Shown here piece by piece: positions 29,450 to 42,248 of a DNA stretch of 64,000 nucleotides. The notes under the pieces were generated by a model. The model was not told the DNA's origin, made no database searches, and saw only the letters and a list, made by a program, of their open reading frames with translations. Source of the stretch: Sedimenticola sp. Lineage in GTDB: Bacteria; Pseudomonadota; Gammaproteobacteria; Chromatiales; Chromatiaceae. The stretch's first letter is position 1. Every line of letters begins with the position of its first letter. Location: the NCBI GenBank assembly GCA_026989135.1, contig JALSJZ010000092.1, forward strand, positions 439 to 64,438, read 5' to 3'. Made by a program: the position numbers and the translations under genes.

Positions 29450-29983
29450 ATGGCCTTACGCTGGTATGTCGTTCACGCCTTTTCAGGCTTTGAGGCTCAG
29501 GTAAAGCGTTCGCTGGATGAGCGTATTGCCCGTGCCGGTATGCAGGATCTGTTTGCTGATGTGCTGGTTCCCACCGAAGAGGTGGTCGAGGTTCGTGGTG
29601 GTCAGCAGCGAAAGAGCGAGCGTAAATTTTTCCCGGGCTATGTGCTGGTAAAGATGGAGCTGACGGATGAGACTTGGCATCTGGTTAAGGATGTCCCCAA
29701 GGTTATGGGCTTTATTGGCGGCACCGGTGACCGGCCGGTACCGATTTCAGATAAGGAAGCGGAAGCCATCCTGCAGCGCATTCAGGACGGTGTCGAGAAG
29801 CCGCGTCCAAAGGTTCTGTACGAGCCGGGAGAGGTTGTACGGGTCATCGACGGCCCTTTCAACGACTTCAATGGTGTGGTTGAGGATGTGGACTATGAGA
29901 AGAGCCGGTTGAAGGTATCGGTACTGATCTTTGGCCGCTCCACGCCGGTCGATCTTGAGTTTGGCCAGGTAGAAAAGGGCTGA
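29450..29983 (+). CDS. nusG: Transcription termination/antitermination factor NusG
   Basis: Start at ATG 29450 ([15 protein letters not shown]). KOW motif [21 protein letters not shown]. Confidence 0.96.
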   Translation: MALRWYVVHAFSGFEAQVKRSLDERIARAGMQDLFADVLVPTEEVVEVRGGQQRKSERKFFPGYVLVKMELTDETWHLVKDVPKVMGFIGGTGDRPVPISDKEAEAILQRIQDGVEKPRPKVLYEPGEVVRVIDGPFNDFNGVVEDVDYEKSRLKVSVLIFGRSTPVDLEFGQVEKG

Positions 29984-30103
29984 CCTCACTGTTATTGAGT
30001 GCCGGGCCGTAGTCGTGCATTACGGTAACTATCCAAATTTTCAAGTAACTTAGGGGAGCCAGGGTGAAAGCCCCTGGCGTTTGCACCCACAGGAGATCCA
30101 GAG

Positions 30104-30535
30104 ATGGCAAAGAAAATACAGGCTTATATCAAGCTGCAGGTAAAGGCCGGTGAGGCCAATCCCAGTCCACCGGTTGGCCCGGCACTGGGTCAGCACGGCG
30201 TCAATATTATGGAGTTCTGTAAGGCGTTCAACGCACAGACCCAGAATGTTGAGAAAGGGCTGCCTATCCCGGTTGTGATCACAGTCTATGCTGATCGCAG
30301 CTTTACCTTTATCACCAAGACACCGCCCGCATCTGTGCTATTGAAAAAAGCCGCTGACATCAGCAGTGGCAGTGGCAGACCGAATACCGAAAAGGTGGGT
30401 ACAGTGACGCGTGCGCAGCTTGAAGAGATTGCGCAGACCAAAATGGAAGATCTGAATGCTGCCGACATGGATGCCGCTGTGCGTACCATTGCCGGTAGCG
30501 CCCGCAGTATGGGTCTCAATGTGGAGGGTCTTTAA
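30104..30535 (+). CDS. rplK: 50S ribosomal protein L11
   Basis: [43 protein letters not shown]. Confidence 0.98.
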   Translation: MAKKIQAYIKLQVKAGEANPSPPVGPALGQHGVNIMEFCKAFNAQTQNVEKGLPIPVVITVYADRSFTFITKTPPASVLLKKAADISSGSGRPNTEKVGTVTRAQLEEIAQTKMEDLNAADMDAAVRTIAGSARSMGLNVEGL

Positions 30536-30536
30536 G

Positions 30537-31232
30537 ATGGCAAAACTATCCAAGCGCGCTAAAGCGATCAGTGAAAAGGTAGATGCGAAAAAACAGTATG
30601 CGGCTGAAGAGGCCTTCGCCCTGCTGAAGGATCTCCCCGGCGCAAAATTCAAGGAGTCGGTAGATGTTGCGGTCAATCTGGGCATTGACCCACGCAAATC
30701 AGATCAGGTTGTGCGTGGCGCAACCCTGCTGCCAAATGGCACGGGCAAGACGATCCGGGTTGCGGTCTTTACCCAGGGCGCAAATGCCGAAGCTGCAACA
30801 GCAGCTGGTGCGGACATTGTAGGCATGGATGATCTGGCGGCTGATGTAAAGGCTGGAAAGATGGACTTTGATGTGGTTATTGCCTCACCGGATGCGATGC
30901 GCGTAGTGGGTCAACTGGGTCAGATCCTCGGCCCGCGTGGCCTGATGCCCAACCCCAAGGTGGGCACCGTTACCCCGAATGTGGCAGAGGCGGTGAAAAA
31001 CGCCAAGGCCGGTCAGGTGCGTTACCGTACTGACAAGGCAGGCATCATCCACTGCCCTATCGGCAAGGTGGATTTTGAAGCCTCGGCACTGCGCGAGAAT
31101 CTCGAAAGCCTGTTGACGGATCTGAAGAAGGCCAAGCCGAGCGCGGCAAAGGGTATCTACATACAGAAGATCACGGTCTCCAGCACCATGGGGCCGGGGC
31201 TTGCATTGGATCAAGCCTCTTTGGCGATCTAG
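30537..31232 (+). CDS. rplA: 50S ribosomal protein L1
   Basis: Start at ATG 30537 ([16 protein letters not shown]...), 1 nt after the rplK stop. The tracked start at 30456 overlaps rplK. Confidence 0.97.
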   Translation: MAKLSKRAKAISEKVDAKKQYAAEEAFALLKDLPGAKFKESVDVAVNLGIDPRKSDQVVRGATLLPNGTGKTIRVAVFTQGANAEAATAAGADIVGMDDLAADVKAGKMDFDVVIASPDAMRVVGQLGQILGPRGLMPNPKVGTVTPNVAEAVKNAKAGQVRYRTDKAGIIHCPIGKVDFEASALRENLESLLTDLKKAKPSAAKGIYIQKITVSSTMGPGLALDQASLAI

Positions 31233-31500
31233 CCATATTTGTGCAGCACACATCTGTGCTGCGCTGCCGCATTCAACTGTGCGGCATACCGACTTTGCGG
31301 GGTGCCGGGTCAACGACCCGGTTGCCGTCAAAGACCGTAGGTGCGCCCTCGGCGCTTAATATGCTCTATTCGCCTACGCAGGCGGTGCCCCAGCAGGAGA
31401 TTCCTGGTGACGGCACTGTTTTAACTGAACATTTTTTGAATGTTCACTGGTGTCAACCTGGGCGGGTTTACCCGTCCAAACAACGAGAGGTGACGACAAC
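31233..31500 (+). promoter_or_regulatory. Untranslated rplJ leader (position of the L10 autoregulatory leader and rplJL promoter)
   Basis: A 268-nt non-coding spacer between rplA and rplJ. In E. coli the equivalent leader binds L10(L12)4. This is a positional inference only; I did not verify the structure. Confidence 0.35.
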
Positions 31501-32028
31501 ATGGCACTAAACCGTGCACAGAAGGAGGCAATCGTCGCCGAGGTCGCAGAAGTAGCGGCTACTGCCTATTCAGCCATTGCTGCGGAGTACCGGGGTCTGA
31601 CGGTTGGGGATATGACTCAGCTGCGTGTGGAAGCACGCAAAGCGGGTGTCTATCTTCGAGTGGTCAAAAACACCCTGGCGCGCCGTGCAATTGAGGATAC
31701 TGAATTTGCCTGTATGCAGGAAGGTCTCATCGGTCCAGTGGTGTTGGCTTTTTCGCAGGAAGATCCAGGGGCAGCGGCTCGTGTAATCAACGATTTCTCA
31801 AAACAGAACGGCAAGCTGGTTGTAAAACTGGTCTCGATTGGTGGTGAATTACTTGAACCATCAAAGATCGAAGACCTGGCAAAGATGCCAACCTACGACC
31901 AGGCGATCAGCCTGTTGATGGCGGTGATGAAAGCGCCTGTAGAGAAACTGACTCGCACCATAAATGAGGTGCCTGGCAAGTTGGTTCGTACTGTTGCGGC
32001 TATACGCGATGCGAAAGAGGCGGCTTGA
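31501..32028 (+). CDS. rplJ: 50S ribosomal protein L10
   Basis: Start at ATG 31501 (MALNRAQKEAIVAEVAEVA...). Confidence 0.97.
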   Translation: MALNRAQKEAIVAEVAEVAATAYSAIAAEYRGLTVGDMTQLRVEARKAGVYLRVVKNTLARRAIEDTEFACMQEGLIGPVVLAFSQEDPGAAARVINDFSKQNGKLVVKLVSIGGELLEPSKIEDLAKMPTYDQAISLLMAVMKAPVEKLTRTINEVPGKLVRTVAAIRDAKEAA

Positions 32029-32082
32029 TTTAGCCTTTTTCACCAATAATTTATTCAATTTATTTAAATCCAGGAGTTAACA

Positions 32083-32460
32083 ATGGCCGTGTCCAAAGAT
32101 GATATTTTAGAGGCTATTTCCAACATGACTGTGCTGGAGGTCGTTGATCTGATCTCTGCCATGGAAGAGAAGTTTGGCGTATCCGCCGCTGCGGCCGTAG
32201 CGGCTGCTCCAGCAGCGGGTGGTGATGCCGGTGCTGCTGCTGAAGAGCAAACCGAGTTTGACGTGGTGCTGACCGGTTTTGGTGGCAACAAAGTGGCTGT
32301 AATCAAGGCCGTTCGTAGCATTACAGGCCTGGGCTTGAAAGAGGCCAAGGGTGCAGTAGAAGGCACACCTACCACCTTGAAAGAGGCGGTCTCCAAGGAT
32401 GAAGCCGAAGAGGTCAAGAAGCAGTTGGAAGAAGCAGGCGCTACTGCCGAGATCAAGTAA
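32083..32460 (+). CDS. rplL: 50S ribosomal protein L7/L12
   Basis: [33 protein letters not shown], an Ala-rich hinge, and [11 protein letters not shown]. Confidence 0.98.
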   Translation: MAVSKDDILEAISNMTVLEVVDLISAMEEKFGVSAAAAVAAAPAAGGDAGAAAEEQTEFDVVLTGFGGNKVAVIKAVRSITGLGLKEAKGAVEGTPTTLKEAVSKDEAEEVKKQLEEAGATAEIK

Positions 32461-32570
32461 CCCTTGGTCTTGAGTGAGCGCAACCCATAACGGGTCTGGG
32501 CTGGCGGCATTTTGTCGTCGGCCTTTTCCCGTTGTGTCGGTCTGAAGTTCTCTGCTCATATCGACACAGA

Positions 32571-32602
32571 CGGTACAGCATTGTACCGAAATCATAATTT
32601 TT
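32571..32602 (+). terminator. Possible rplL-rpoB attenuator hairpin
   Basis: cggtaca-gcat-tgtaccg (32571-32588) is followed 9 nt later by ttttt (32598-32602). E. coli has a partial terminator at this position. The match here is weak. Confidence 0.25.
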
Positions 32603-32631
32603 GAAGTCTTTTGAATCCGAGGGACGGCAAC

Positions 32632-35600
32632 ATGGCCTATTCTTTCACCGAGAAAAAGCGTATCCGCAAGGACTTTGGCAAACGCCCAATCATCCTTGAT
32701 ACGCCCTTTCTTTTGGCGACTCAGATCGATTCCTACCGGCGCTTTTTGCAGGATGGCGTAGCGATAGCTGATCGTGCAGACCTGGGTCTGCACGCAGCAT
32801 TCAAATCCGTATTCCCGATTACCAGCTACTCTGGAAATGCGGCACTGGAATATGTCAGTTATCGCCTTGGCGAACCCGTTTTCGATGTGCGCGAGTGCCA
32901 GCTTCGTGGCACAACCTACGCTGCACCGTTACGGGTACTGGCTCGCCTGGTGATCTACGATAAGGAGGCGCCGGCCAACTCAAAGGTGGTGAAGGATATC
33001 CGGGAACAGGAGGTCTATATGGGCGAGTTGCCGCTTATGACCGATACCGGAACCTTTGTGATCAACGGTACGGAGCGTGTTATCGTCTCACAGCTGCACC
33101 GCTCTCCGGGTGTCTTTTTTGACCACGACAAGGGCAAGACCCACTCCTCGGGCAAACTGCTCTTCTCTGCCCGCGTGATCCCCTACCGTGGCTCCTGGCT
33201 CGATTTTGAGTTCGATCCCAAAGATTGTGTCTTTGTCCGGATCGACCGCCGCCGCAAGCTGCCGGCAACCGTGCTGATTCGCGCCCTGGGCTATGATACG
33301 GAAGAGATGTTGGATATGTTTTTTGAGACGGATGGTTTCCGCCTCAATAAAAAAGGCATAAAAATGGAGCTGGTGCCGGAGCGGCTGCGTGGTGAGATCC
33401 TGAGTTTTGATATTGTAGCCAAGGGCGAGGTTATCGCAGAGGCGGGTCGTCGTGTGACGCAACGGCACATCAAGGCACTGGAAAAAGCCGGTGTTAAAAG
33501 CCTGGATGTACCGCAGGATTTTCTCTATGAACGAGTACTGGCGCACAATATTGTCGATACCGAAACCGGAGAGATCCTCGCCAATGCCAATGATGAGATC
33601 ACCGAAGAGACGTTAGAGCTTCTGGTCAGCAATGGCATCAAAAAAATCCGGACACTCTTTACCAATGATCTTGATCATGGTGCCTTTATCTCCAGCACCT
33701 TGCGCCTGGACTCATCCACCAATGACTTGGAGGCGAAGGTTGAGATCTACCGGATGATGCGTCCGGGTGAGCCGCCCACCAAAGATGCGGCAGAAAACCT
33801 GTTTAAAAATCTCTTCTTCAGCCCGGATCGTTATGACCTCTCTGCGGTTGGCCGCATGAAGTTCAACCGCAGGCTGAACCGTACTGATGCGGATGAGGGC
33901 GAGGGCGTCCTCTCCAAGGAAGACATCACGGATGTGCTCAAGGAGCTGATCAACATCCGCAACGGCAATGGTGTGGTGGATGATATTGATCACCTGGGCA
34001 ATCGGCGCATTCGCTGCGTGGGAGAGATGGCCGAAAACCAGTTTCGTGTGGGCCTGGTGCGGGTCGAGCGTGCAGTGCGCGAGCGCCTGACGCTGGCTGA
34101 ATCAGAAGGGCTGATGCCACAAGAGCTGATCAATGCCAAGCCAGTCTCGGCTGCGGTCAAAGAGTTCTTTGGCTCCAGCCAGCTCTCGCAGTTTATGGAT
34201 CAGAACAACCCGCTCTCGGGCATGACCCACAAGCGCCGAGTCTCTGCACTCGGCCCTGGCGGTCTGGCGCGTGAGCGTGCTGGCTTTGAGGTGCGTGACG
34301 TACACCCGACCCACTATGGCCGTGTCTGCCCGATCGAGACGCCGGAGGGGCCAAATATTGGCCTGATAAACTCCCTCTCGGTCTATGCTAGAACCAACAG
34401 CTACGGCTTTCTGGAGACCCCCTATCGCCGCGTGATCAATGGCAAGGTGACCGATCAGGTGGACTACCTCTCGGCGATTGAAGAGGGGCGTTTTGTGATT
34501 GCGCAGGCCAATGCCACCCTGAGTGAGGCGGGTGAGCTGGTGGATGAGCTGATCTCCTGCCGCCACCAGAATGAGTTTACCCTCTCCACGCCGGACAAGA
34601 TCGAATATATGGATGTGTCGCCGAAACAGATCGTATCGGTGGCTGCCTCGTTGATCCCGTTTCTGGAGCATGATGATGCCAACCGCGCACTCATGGGTTC
34701 CAACATGCAACGTCAGGCGGTACCCACATTGCGGGCTGACAAACCACTGGTCGGCACCGGCATGGAGCGCACGGTGGCGATCGATTCGGGTGTGGCGGTT
34801 ATTGCAACCCGTGGTGGCGTGGTCGATTCGATTGATGCGGCGCGCATCGTTGTGCGGGTAAACGATAACGAGACCGAGGCGGGAGAGTCTGGTGTAGACA
34901 TCTACAACCTGACCAAATACACCCGCTCCAATCAGAACACCTGTATCAATCAGCGTCCGCTGGTGAATCCGGGCGACACCATTGCCCGGGGTGATGTACT
35001 GGCGGATGGCCCTTCGACCGACCTGGGCGAGCTGGCGCTGGGTCAGAATCTGCGTATCGCCTTTATGCCGTGGAATGGCTACAACTTCGAGGACTCCATC
35101 CTCATCTCCGAGCGGGTGGTGGAAGAGGATCGCTTCACCACCATCCACATCGAAGAGCTGACCTGCATGGCGCGTGACACCAAGCTGGGGTCGGAGGAGA
35201 TCTCCGGTGATATCCCCAATGTGGGTGAATCGGCGCTGGCCAAGCTGGATGAGTCCGGCATCGTCTATGTGGGTGCCGAGGTTAAAGAGGGCGACATCCT
35301 GGTCGGCAAGGTGACGCCGAAGGGTGAAACCCAGCTGACCCCGGAAGAGAAGCTGCTGCGCGCCATCTTTGGCGAGAAGGCAGCGGATGTGAAGGATACC
35401 TCACTGCGGGTCAAAACCGGCATGTCTGGTACTGTTATTGATGTGCAGGTCTTTACCCGCGATGGCGTCGAAAAAGATGCGCGGGCACTACAGATTGAAG
35501 AGGATGAGCTGGATCAGGTCAGAGCCGATCTGGGTGACCAGCTGCGTATTCTGGAGGATGATACCTTCCAGCGTGTAGAGAAGATGCTGCTGGGCAAAGT

Positions 35601-36711
35601 GGCCGATGGTGGCCCGAACTCGCTAAAGGCCGGATCAAAGGTTACCAAGGGCTACCTCTCCGAACTGGAGCGCGACCAGTGGCTGGAGATCCGCCTGCGC
35701 AACGAGTCTGCGGCACAACAGCTGGAGGCGATTGCCGAGCAGGTCAAGAGCCAGCGCGAAGATTTCCGGCAACGTTTTGAGGCCAAGAAGAGCAAGCTGA
35801 CCAGTGGTGACGATCTGGCGCCTGGCGTGCTCAAGATGGTCAAGGTCTACATGGCCGTAAAACGCCGCATTCAGCCAGGCGACAAGATGGCCGGGCGTCA
35901 CGGCAACAAGGGCGTCATCTCCAGCATCGTGCCGGTTGAGGATATGCCCTATTCCGAGGATGGCACGCCGGTTGACATCGTGCTCAACCCACTGGGCGTA
36001 CCGTCACGCATGAACGTGGGACAGGTGCTGGAGACACACCTGGGATGGGCGGCCAAGGGTCTGGGGCAACGTATCGGCGAGATGCTGGAGCGACAGGCCA
36101 AAGTGACCGAACTGCGGGAGTACCTGGACAAGATCTACAACACCAGCGGCAAAAAAGAGCAGCTCGACAGCTTCAGTGACGAAGAGATCACCAAGCTGGC
36201 CGGCAACCTCAAAGGCGGCGTGCCGATGGCAACCCCGGTCTTTGATGGTGCAAGCGAAGAGGAGATCAAACGCATGCTGGAGCTGGCCGGGCTGCCTGCA
36301 ACGGGGCAGACCACGCTGCATGACGGGCGCACTGGCGAACCTTTTGATCGTCCGGTGACCGTAGGCTATATGTACATCCTCAAGCTGAATCACCTGGTGG
36401 ACGACAAGATGCATGCCCGCTCCACCGGGCCGTACAGCCTCGTAACCCAGCAGCCGCTGGGCGGTAAGGCGCAGTTCGGCGGCCAGCGTTTCGGAGAGAT
36501 GGAGGTCTGGGCGCTGGAGGCATACGGTGCCGCCTATACACTGCAAGAGATGTTGACAGTCAAGTCAGACGATGTGAACGGCCGTACGCGCATGTACAAA
36601 AACATCGTCGATGGCAATCACCAGATGGATGCCGGTATGCCCGAATCATTCAATGTACTGGTCAAGGAGATTCGCTCACTGGCCATTAATATCGAGCTGG
36701 TGCGGAAGTAG
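32632..36711 (+). CDS. rpoB: DNA-directed RNA polymerase subunit beta
   Basis: Start at ATG 32632 ([17 protein letters not shown]). 1359 aa with the conserved [14 protein letters not shown] (rifampicin cluster I) and [13 protein letters not shown]. Confidence 0.99.
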   Translation: MAYSFTEKKRIRKDFGKRPIILDTPFLLATQIDSYRRFLQDGVAIADRADLGLHAAFKSVFPITSYSGNAALEYVSYRLGEPVFDVRECQLRGTTYAAPLRVLARLVIYDKEAPANSKVVKDIREQEVYMGELPLMTDTGTFVINGTERVIVSQLHRSPGVFFDHDKGKTHSSGKLLFSARVIPYRGSWLDFEFDPKDCVFVRIDRRRKLPATVLIRALGYDTEEMLDMFFETDGFRLNKKGIKMELVPERLRGEILSFDIVAKGEVIAEAGRRVTQRHIKALEKAGVKSLDVPQDFLYERVLAHNIVDTETGEILANANDEITEETLELLVSNGIKKIRTLFTNDLDHGAFISSTLRLDSSTNDLEAKVEIYRMMRPGEPPTKDAAENLFKNLFFSPDRYDLSAVGRMKFNRRLNRTDADEGEGVLSKEDITDVLKELINIRNGNGVVDDIDHLGNRRIRCVGEMAENQFRVGLVRVERAVRERLTLAESEGLMPQELINAKPVSAAVKEFFGSSQLSQFMDQNNPLSGMTHKRRVSALGPGGLARERAGFEVRDVHPTHYGRVCPIETPEGPNIGLINSLSVYARTNSYGFLETPYRRVINGKVTDQVDYLSAIEEGRFVIAQANATLSEAGELVDELISCRHQNEFTLSTPDKIEYMDVSPKQIVSVAASLIPFLEHDDANRALMGSNMQRQAVPTLRADKPLVGTGMERTVAIDSGVAVIATRGGVVDSIDAARIVVRVNDNETEAGESGVDIYNLTKYTRSNQNTCINQRPLVNPGDTIARGDVLADGPSTDLGELALGQNLRIAFMPWNGYNFEDSILISERVVEEDRFTTIHIEELTCMARDTKLGSEEISGDIPNVGESALAKLDESGIVYVGAEVKEGDILVGKVTPKGETQLTPEEKLLRAIFGEKAADVKDTSLRVKTGMSGTVIDVQVFTRDGVEKDARALQIEEDELDQVRADLGDQLRILEDDTFQRVEKMLLGKVADGGPNSLKAGSKVTKGYLSELERDQWLEIRLRNESAAQQLEAIAEQVKSQREDFRQRFEAKKSKLTSGDDLAPGVLKMVKVYMAVKRRIQPGDKMAGRHGNKGVISSIVPVEDMPYSEDGTPVDIVLNPLGVPSRMNVGQVLETHLGWAAKGLGQRIGEMLERQAKVTELREYLDKIYNTSGKKEQLDSFSDEEITKLAGNLKGGVPMATPVFDGASEEEIKRMLELAGLPATGQTTLHDGRTGEPFDRPVTVGYMYILKLNHLVDDKMHARSTGPYSLVTQQPLGGKAQFGGQRFGEMEVWALEAYGAAYTLQEMLTVKSDDVNGRTRMYKNIVDGNHQMDAGMPESFNVLVKEIRSLAINIELVRK

Positions 36712-36762
36712 TGCTGTTTTGAAACAGACCTATAACTACTTCCAACTACAGGAGATACGATC

Positions 36763-39700
36763 TTGAAAGATCTATTAAAGCTTATTAAACAGCAGGGGCA
36801 GTCCGAGGATTTTGATGCGATCCGGATCGGCCTTACTTCGCCCGACATGGTTCGTTCCTGGTCTTATGGCGAGGTCAAAAAACCAGAGACCATCAACTAT
36901 CGTACCTTCAAACCGGAACGCGAAGGGCTCTTCTGCGCCAAGATCTTTGGTCCTACCAGTGACTATGAGTGCCTCTGTGGCAAGTACAAGCGCCTCAAGC
37001 ATCGCGGCGTGGTGTGTGAGAAGTGCGGCGTCGAGGTGACCCTTTCAAAGGTGCGTCGCGAGCGCATGGGACACATTGCGCTGGCCAGCCCGGTGGCGCA
37101 TATCTGGTTCCTGAAATCACTCCCCTCTCGCATTGGTCTGCTGCTGGATATGACCCTGCGTGAGATCGAGCGGGTACTCTATTTTGAGTCGTTTGTGGTG
37201 GTCGATCCCGGCATGACACCGCTGGAGCGGGGGCAGCTGCTGACCGATGAGCAGTACCTCGAAGCCATCGAGGAGAACGGCGACGAATTTGATGCGCGCA
37301 TGGGTGCCGAGGCGGTCTATGAGCTGCTGCGCACCATTGACATGCCGGATGAGATCAAGCGCCTGCGTGAAGAGATTGATGCCACCAACTCAGAGACCAA
37401 GATCAAGAAATTCAGCAAACGGCTGAAACTGATCGAGTCACTGAATGCATCGGGCAACCGCCCGGAGTGGATGGTGATGACCGTCCTGCCGGTGCTGCCG
37501 CCTGAGCTGCGCCCACTGGTGCCGCTGGATGGTGGCCGCTTTGCGACCTCGGATCTGAATGACCTCTATCGGCGGGTAATCAACCGTAACAACCGCCTGC
37601 GCCGCCTGCTGGATCTGAATGCGCCGGACATCATTGTGCGTAACGAAAAGCGCATGTTGCAGGAGTCGGTCGATGCGCTGCTGGATAATGGCCGTCGTGG
37701 CCGTGCCATCACCGGCACCAACCGGCGTCCGCTGAAATCGCTGGCGGATATGATCAAGGGCAAGCAGGGTCGTTTCCGTCAGAACCTGCTGGGCAAACGT
37801 GTCGACTACTCCGGCCGTTCCGTGATTGTGGTGGGGCCGACGCTGAGGTTGCACCAGTGCGGCCTGCCAAAGAAGATGGCGCTGGAGCTGTTTAAACCCT
37901 TCATCTTCAGCAAGCTGCAGTTCCGTGGTCTGGCGACCACGATCAAGGCGGCAAAAAAGCTGGTGGAGCGCGGCAGTACCGAGGTGTGGGATATTCTGGA
38001 AGAGGTTATCCGTGAGCACCCGGTGATGCTGAACCGTGCGCCAACGTTGCACCGGCTGGGCATCCAGGCCTTTGAGCCGGTGCTGATTGAAGGCAAGGCC
38101 ATTCAGCTGCACCCGCTGGTCTGTACCGCATTCAACGCCGACTTTGACGGCGATCAGATGGCGGTGCATATCCCGCTCTCCATCGAGGCGCAGCTTGAGG
38201 CGCGCAGTCTCATGATGTCGACCAACAACATCCTCTCGCCCGCCAATGGTGAGCCGATCATCGTGCCGTCGCAGGATGTGGTTCTGGGGCTCTATTTCAT
38301 GACCCGCGACAAGATCAATGTGCAGGGCGAAGGGATGGTCTTCTCCAATGTCAAAGAGGTACACCGCGCCTATGAAGCGCGCCAAGTGGCGCTGCAGGCC
38401 AGGGTCAAGGTGCGTGTCCGTGAAGTAATCGCAAATGACGATGGTGAGATGATCGAGACGATTCGTCGAGTGGATACCACCGTCGGGCGCGCCATCCTCT
38501 CCGAGATTCTGCCGGATGGCCTTTCGTATGATCTGGTCAACCAGGCGCTGGGCAAAAAAGAGATTTCAGGTCTGGTCAATGCCTGTTACCGCCGGGTTGG
38601 TCTTAAAGAGACCGTCATCTTTGCGGATCAGCTGATGTATACCGGTTTCCGCTTTGCCACCCGTTCCGGCGTCTCTATCGGCGTCGATGATATGACGGTG
38701 CCGGAGGAGAAGGGGGCGATTCTGGCCGCGGCTGAGAGTGAGGTCAAGGAGATCGAAAATCAGTATGCCTCAGGCCTGGTCACCAATGGCGAGCGCTACA
38801 ACAAGGTGGTGGATATCTGGTCGCACACCAACGACCAGGTCGCCAAGGCGATGATGAACAAGCTCGGCAAGGATCTGGTCATCGACGCGGAAGGCAATGA
38901 GGTTGAACAGGACTCCTTTAACTCTATCTATATGATGGCCGACTCCGGTGCGCGTGGCTCGGCCGCGCAGATCCGCCAGCTGGCCGGTATGCGTGGCCTG
39001 ATGGCCAAGCCGGATGGCTCCATTATCGAAACCCCGATTACCGCCAACTTCCGTGAGGGGCTGGATGTGCTGCAGTACTTCATCTCTACCCATGGCGCGC
39101 GTAAAGGTCTGGCGGATACCGCGCTGAAGACCGCCAACTCGGGTTATCTGACCCGTCGCCTGGTCGATGTGGCGCAGGATATGGTGGTGCTGGAAGAGGA
39201 TTGCGGTACCGAAGAGGGCATCATGATGACCCCTCTGATTGAGGGTGGTGATGTTGTCGAGCCGCTGCGCGAGCGCATCCTGGGTCGCGTGGTGGGTGCA
39301 GACATCTATAAACCGGGCACCGATGAGGTGATCTGTGAACGTGGCACCCTGCTGGATGAAGAGTGGGTGGATAACCTGGAAGAGGCGGGCGTGGATCAGG
39401 TGCAGGTGCGTTCTGCCATCACCTGCGCCTCCCGGGTTGGTGTCTGTAGTGCCTGTTATGGACGTGACCTTGCGCGTGGCCATGCGGCCAACATGGGTGA
39501 GGCGGTGGGTGTTATTGCCGCGCAGTCCATTGGCGAGCCGGGCACCCAGCTCACCATGCGCACCTTCCACATTGGTGGTGCGGCCTCGCGCTCTGCTGCG
39601 GTGAACAGCATTGAGGTAAAGACAAAAGGCAGTATCCGTCTGCACAACATCAAAACTGTAAAGCACAAGAGCGGGCATCTGGTTGCGGTATCGCGTTCAG

Positions 39701-40980
39701 GTGAGGTCACCGTGGTCGATGAGGTGGGTCGCGAGCGCGAGCGCTACAAGGTGCCTTATGGCGCAACCCTGATGATTGGTGACGGCGACAGTGTCGATGG
39801 CGGCCAGATGGTGGCCAACTGGGATCCGCACACCCACCCGGTGGTTACCGAGGTGGCCGGTCGGCTGAAGTTTGATGACTTTGTCGATGGCGTAACAGTA
39901 CAGAGCCAGGTGGACGAAGTGACCGGCCTCTCTTCACTGGTGGTGATTGACCCAAAACAGCGGCCAGCCGCTGGCAAGGATCTGCGCCCCATGGTCAAGC
40001 TGATTGATGAAAATGGTGAAGATCTCTGCATTGCCGGTACCAAGATACCGGCACACTACTTCCTGCCGGCTGCGGCTATCGTAGGGGTGAGCGATGGCGC
40101 TGATGTGGGTGTGGGCGACGTATTGGCACGCATACCGCAGGCCTCCAGCAAGACCCGCGACATTACCGGTGGTCTGCCGCGCGTTGCCGATCTGTTCGAG
40201 GCGCGCAAGCCGAAAGATCCGGCCATCCTGGCGGAGGCAACCGGCACCATCAGCTTTGGTAAAGATACCAAGGGTAAGCAGCGCCTGGTGATTACCCAGC
40301 AGGATGGCGAGACGATTGAAGAGCTGATTCCAAAGTGGCGCCATGTCAATGTGTTTGAAGGTGAGCATGTTGCCAAGGGTGAAGTCATCGCGGAAGGGGA
40401 GTTGAATCCGCATGACATCCTGCGCCTGCGAGGCGTAACCCAGATGGCCGAATATCTGGTGCATGAGATCCAGGATGTCTATCGTCTACAGGGCGTGAAG
40501 ATCAACGACAAGCATATCGAGGTGATTATCCGCCAGATGTTGCGCAAGGTTGAGATCGCTAAACCGGGCGATACCATGCTGCTGCGCGGTGAACAGGTCG
40601 AGCGTATACGCCTGGGTGATGTAAACAGCGCGGCGATAGCCGATGGAAAACAACCGGCACTCTATGAGCCCCTGCTGCTGGGTATCACCAAGGCCTCATT
40701 GGCGACAGAGTCCTTTATCTCGGCGGCCTCTTTCCAGGAGACCACGCGCGTGCTCACGGAGGCTGCGGTGCGTGGCTTGAGTGATGACCTGCATGGCCTT
40801 AAGGAGAATGTGATCGTAGGTCGGCTGATCCCTGCTGGAACAGGGCTTGCATCACACAAGGCGCGTCAGGAGCGGCGCAAGGCAGAGCTTAGTGCGGAAG
40901 TAGAGAGCGCCAAGGTTGAGATGGCGGCAGAAGAGGTGGAAGAGGCGATTAAACAGGCCTTGAATACCTCGGATATGTAA
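36763..40980 (+). CDS. rpoC: DNA-directed RNA polymerase subunit beta'
   Basis: TTG start ([11 protein letters not shown]...[38 protein letters not shown]). Catalytic NADFDGDQM and zinc-finger [20 protein letters not shown]. Confidence 0.99.
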   Translation: MKDLLKLIKQQGQSEDFDAIRIGLTSPDMVRSWSYGEVKKPETINYRTFKPEREGLFCAKIFGPTSDYECLCGKYKRLKHRGVVCEKCGVEVTLSKVRRERMGHIALASPVAHIWFLKSLPSRIGLLLDMTLREIERVLYFESFVVVDPGMTPLERGQLLTDEQYLEAIEENGDEFDARMGAEAVYELLRTIDMPDEIKRLREEIDATNSETKIKKFSKRLKLIESLNASGNRPEWMVMTVLPVLPPELRPLVPLDGGRFATSDLNDLYRRVINRNNRLRRLLDLNAPDIIVRNEKRMLQESVDALLDNGRRGRAITGTNRRPLKSLADMIKGKQGRFRQNLLGKRVDYSGRSVIVVGPTLRLHQCGLPKKMALELFKPFIFSKLQFRGLATTIKAAKKLVERGSTEVWDILEEVIREHPVMLNRAPTLHRLGIQAFEPVLIEGKAIQLHPLVCTAFNADFDGDQMAVHIPLSIEAQLEARSLMMSTNNILSPANGEPIIVPSQDVVLGLYFMTRDKINVQGEGMVFSNVKEVHRAYEARQVALQARVKVRVREVIANDDGEMIETIRRVDTTVGRAILSEILPDGLSYDLVNQALGKKEISGLVNACYRRVGLKETVIFADQLMYTGFRFATRSGVSIGVDDMTVPEEKGAILAAAESEVKEIENQYASGLVTNGERYNKVVDIWSHTNDQVAKAMMNKLGKDLVIDAEGNEVEQDSFNSIYMMADSGARGSAAQIRQLAGMRGLMAKPDGSIIETPITANFREGLDVLQYFISTHGARKGLADTALKTANSGYLTRRLVDVAQDMVVLEEDCGTEEGIMMTPLIEGGDVVEPLRERILGRVVGADIYKPGTDEVICERGTLLDEEWVDNLEEAGVDQVQVRSAITCASRVGVCSACYGRDLARGHAANMGEAVGVIAAQSIGEPGTQLTMRTFHIGGAASRSAAVNSIEVKTKGSIRLHNIKTVKHKSGHLVAVSRSGEVTVVDEVGRERERYKVPYGATLMIGDGDSVDGGQMVANWDPHTHPVVTEVAGRLKFDDFVDGVTVQSQVDEVTGLSSLVVIDPKQRPAAGKDLRPMVKLIDENGEDLCIAGTKIPAHYFLPAAAIVGVSDGADVGVGDVLARIPQASSKTRDITGGLPRVADLFEARKPKDPAILAEATGTISFGKDTKGKQRLVITQQDGETIEELIPKWRHVNVFEGEHVAKGEVIAEGELNPHDILRLRGVTQMAEYLVHEIQDVYRLQGVKINDKHIEVIIRQMLRKVEIAKPGDTMLLRGEQVERIRLGDVNSAAIADGKQPALYEPLLLGITKASLATESFISAASFQETTRVLTEAAVRGLSDDLHGLKENVIVGRLIPAGTGLASHKARQERRKAELSAEVESAKVEMAAEEVEEAIKQALNTSDM

Positions 40981-41074
40981 GCGGATCTGAGGGGGCTCTG
41001 CTGCGGTTCATTGCGTTTGATGCGCTGCAGCTGCCCTATTTTGTAGATTGGCGATAAAAAGTAGTGACGCTGTA

Positions 41075-41103
41075 TTGACAGGCCGCTGTTGCAGGCATAG
41101 AAT
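41075..41103 (+). promoter_or_regulatory. Near-consensus sigma70 promoter of the str (rpsL) operon
   Basis: TTGACA (41075-41080), 17-nt spacer, TAGAAT (41098-41103), about 200 nt upstream of rpsL. Confidence 0.6.
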
Positions 41104-41301
41104 GCGCAGCTCTTTGACGGGCTGGCTTTAGCAGCGGTTCATTAAATCATATTAAGTGCGCGGCCTTACAGGTCGTTGAAAGCGTACCAAACCCTGAGTA
41201 AATGTTACTCCTTAGTGGTTGCGAATCTAAGGGGTAGGGTCTTCTACTTGGTTTTTTTGGTTCGCAGGTGCATATCCGGGAACCCCGGGAGACACAGATA
41301 G

Positions 41302-41676
41302 ATGGCAACAATAAATCAGTTGGTGCGCAAGCCCCGCAAGCGCAAAGTAGAGAAAAGCAAGGTGCCAGCCCTGGAGGCTTGTCCGCAAAAACGTGGTGTC
41401 TGCACGCGTGTCTATACCACGACGCCCAAAAAGCCAAACTCTGCATTGCGCAAGGTGGCGCGTGTACGCCTGACCAATGGCTATGAAGTCAGCACCTATA
41501 TAGGTGGTGAGGGGCATAATCTACAGGAGCACTCTGTGATCCTGCTGCGCGGTGGACGAGTCAAGGATCTGCCAGGTGTGCGCTATCACACGGTTCGTGG
41601 CAGCCTGGATACCTCCGGTGTCGAGAGTCGCCGTCAGGGGCGTTCCAAGTATGGCGCCAAGCGCCCAAAGAGCTGA
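41302..41676 (+). CDS. rpsL: 30S ribosomal protein S12
   Basis: [52 protein letters not shown]. Confidence 0.99.
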   Translation: MATINQLVRKPRKRKVEKSKVPALEACPQKRGVCTRVYTTTPKKPNSALRKVARVRLTNGYEVSTYIGGEGHNLQEHSVILLRGGRVKDLPGVRYHTVRGSLDTSGVESRRQGRSKYGAKRPKS

Positions 41677-41718
41677 GTGCCCGGTTAATTAGCGTTCGTT
41701 ATTAAATTCAGGATTTGA

Positions 41719-42198
<480 letters not shown>

Positions 42199-42248
42199 TT
42201 GCGATTTGAAGTAGCGTTCAACACCAGTGTGATTGGAGGAATTGTGTC

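Noticed and set aside
30001-30103. Possible L1-binding regulatory leader upstream of rplK
   Set aside because: A GC hairpin (ggggagccagggtgaaagcccctggc) is present, but I cannot verify similarity to the known L1-binding structure by eye. I therefore did not report it as a feature.
34102-35148. 348-aa minus-strand ORF inside rpoB, and similar long antisense ORFs at 37438-38385 and 38770-39678 in rpoC and at 42615-43820 in fusA
   Set aside because: These are shadow ORFs antisense to universally conserved genes in GC-rich DNA. Their composition is Arg/His/Gly-rich and low in complexity, and they have no RBS or homology features.
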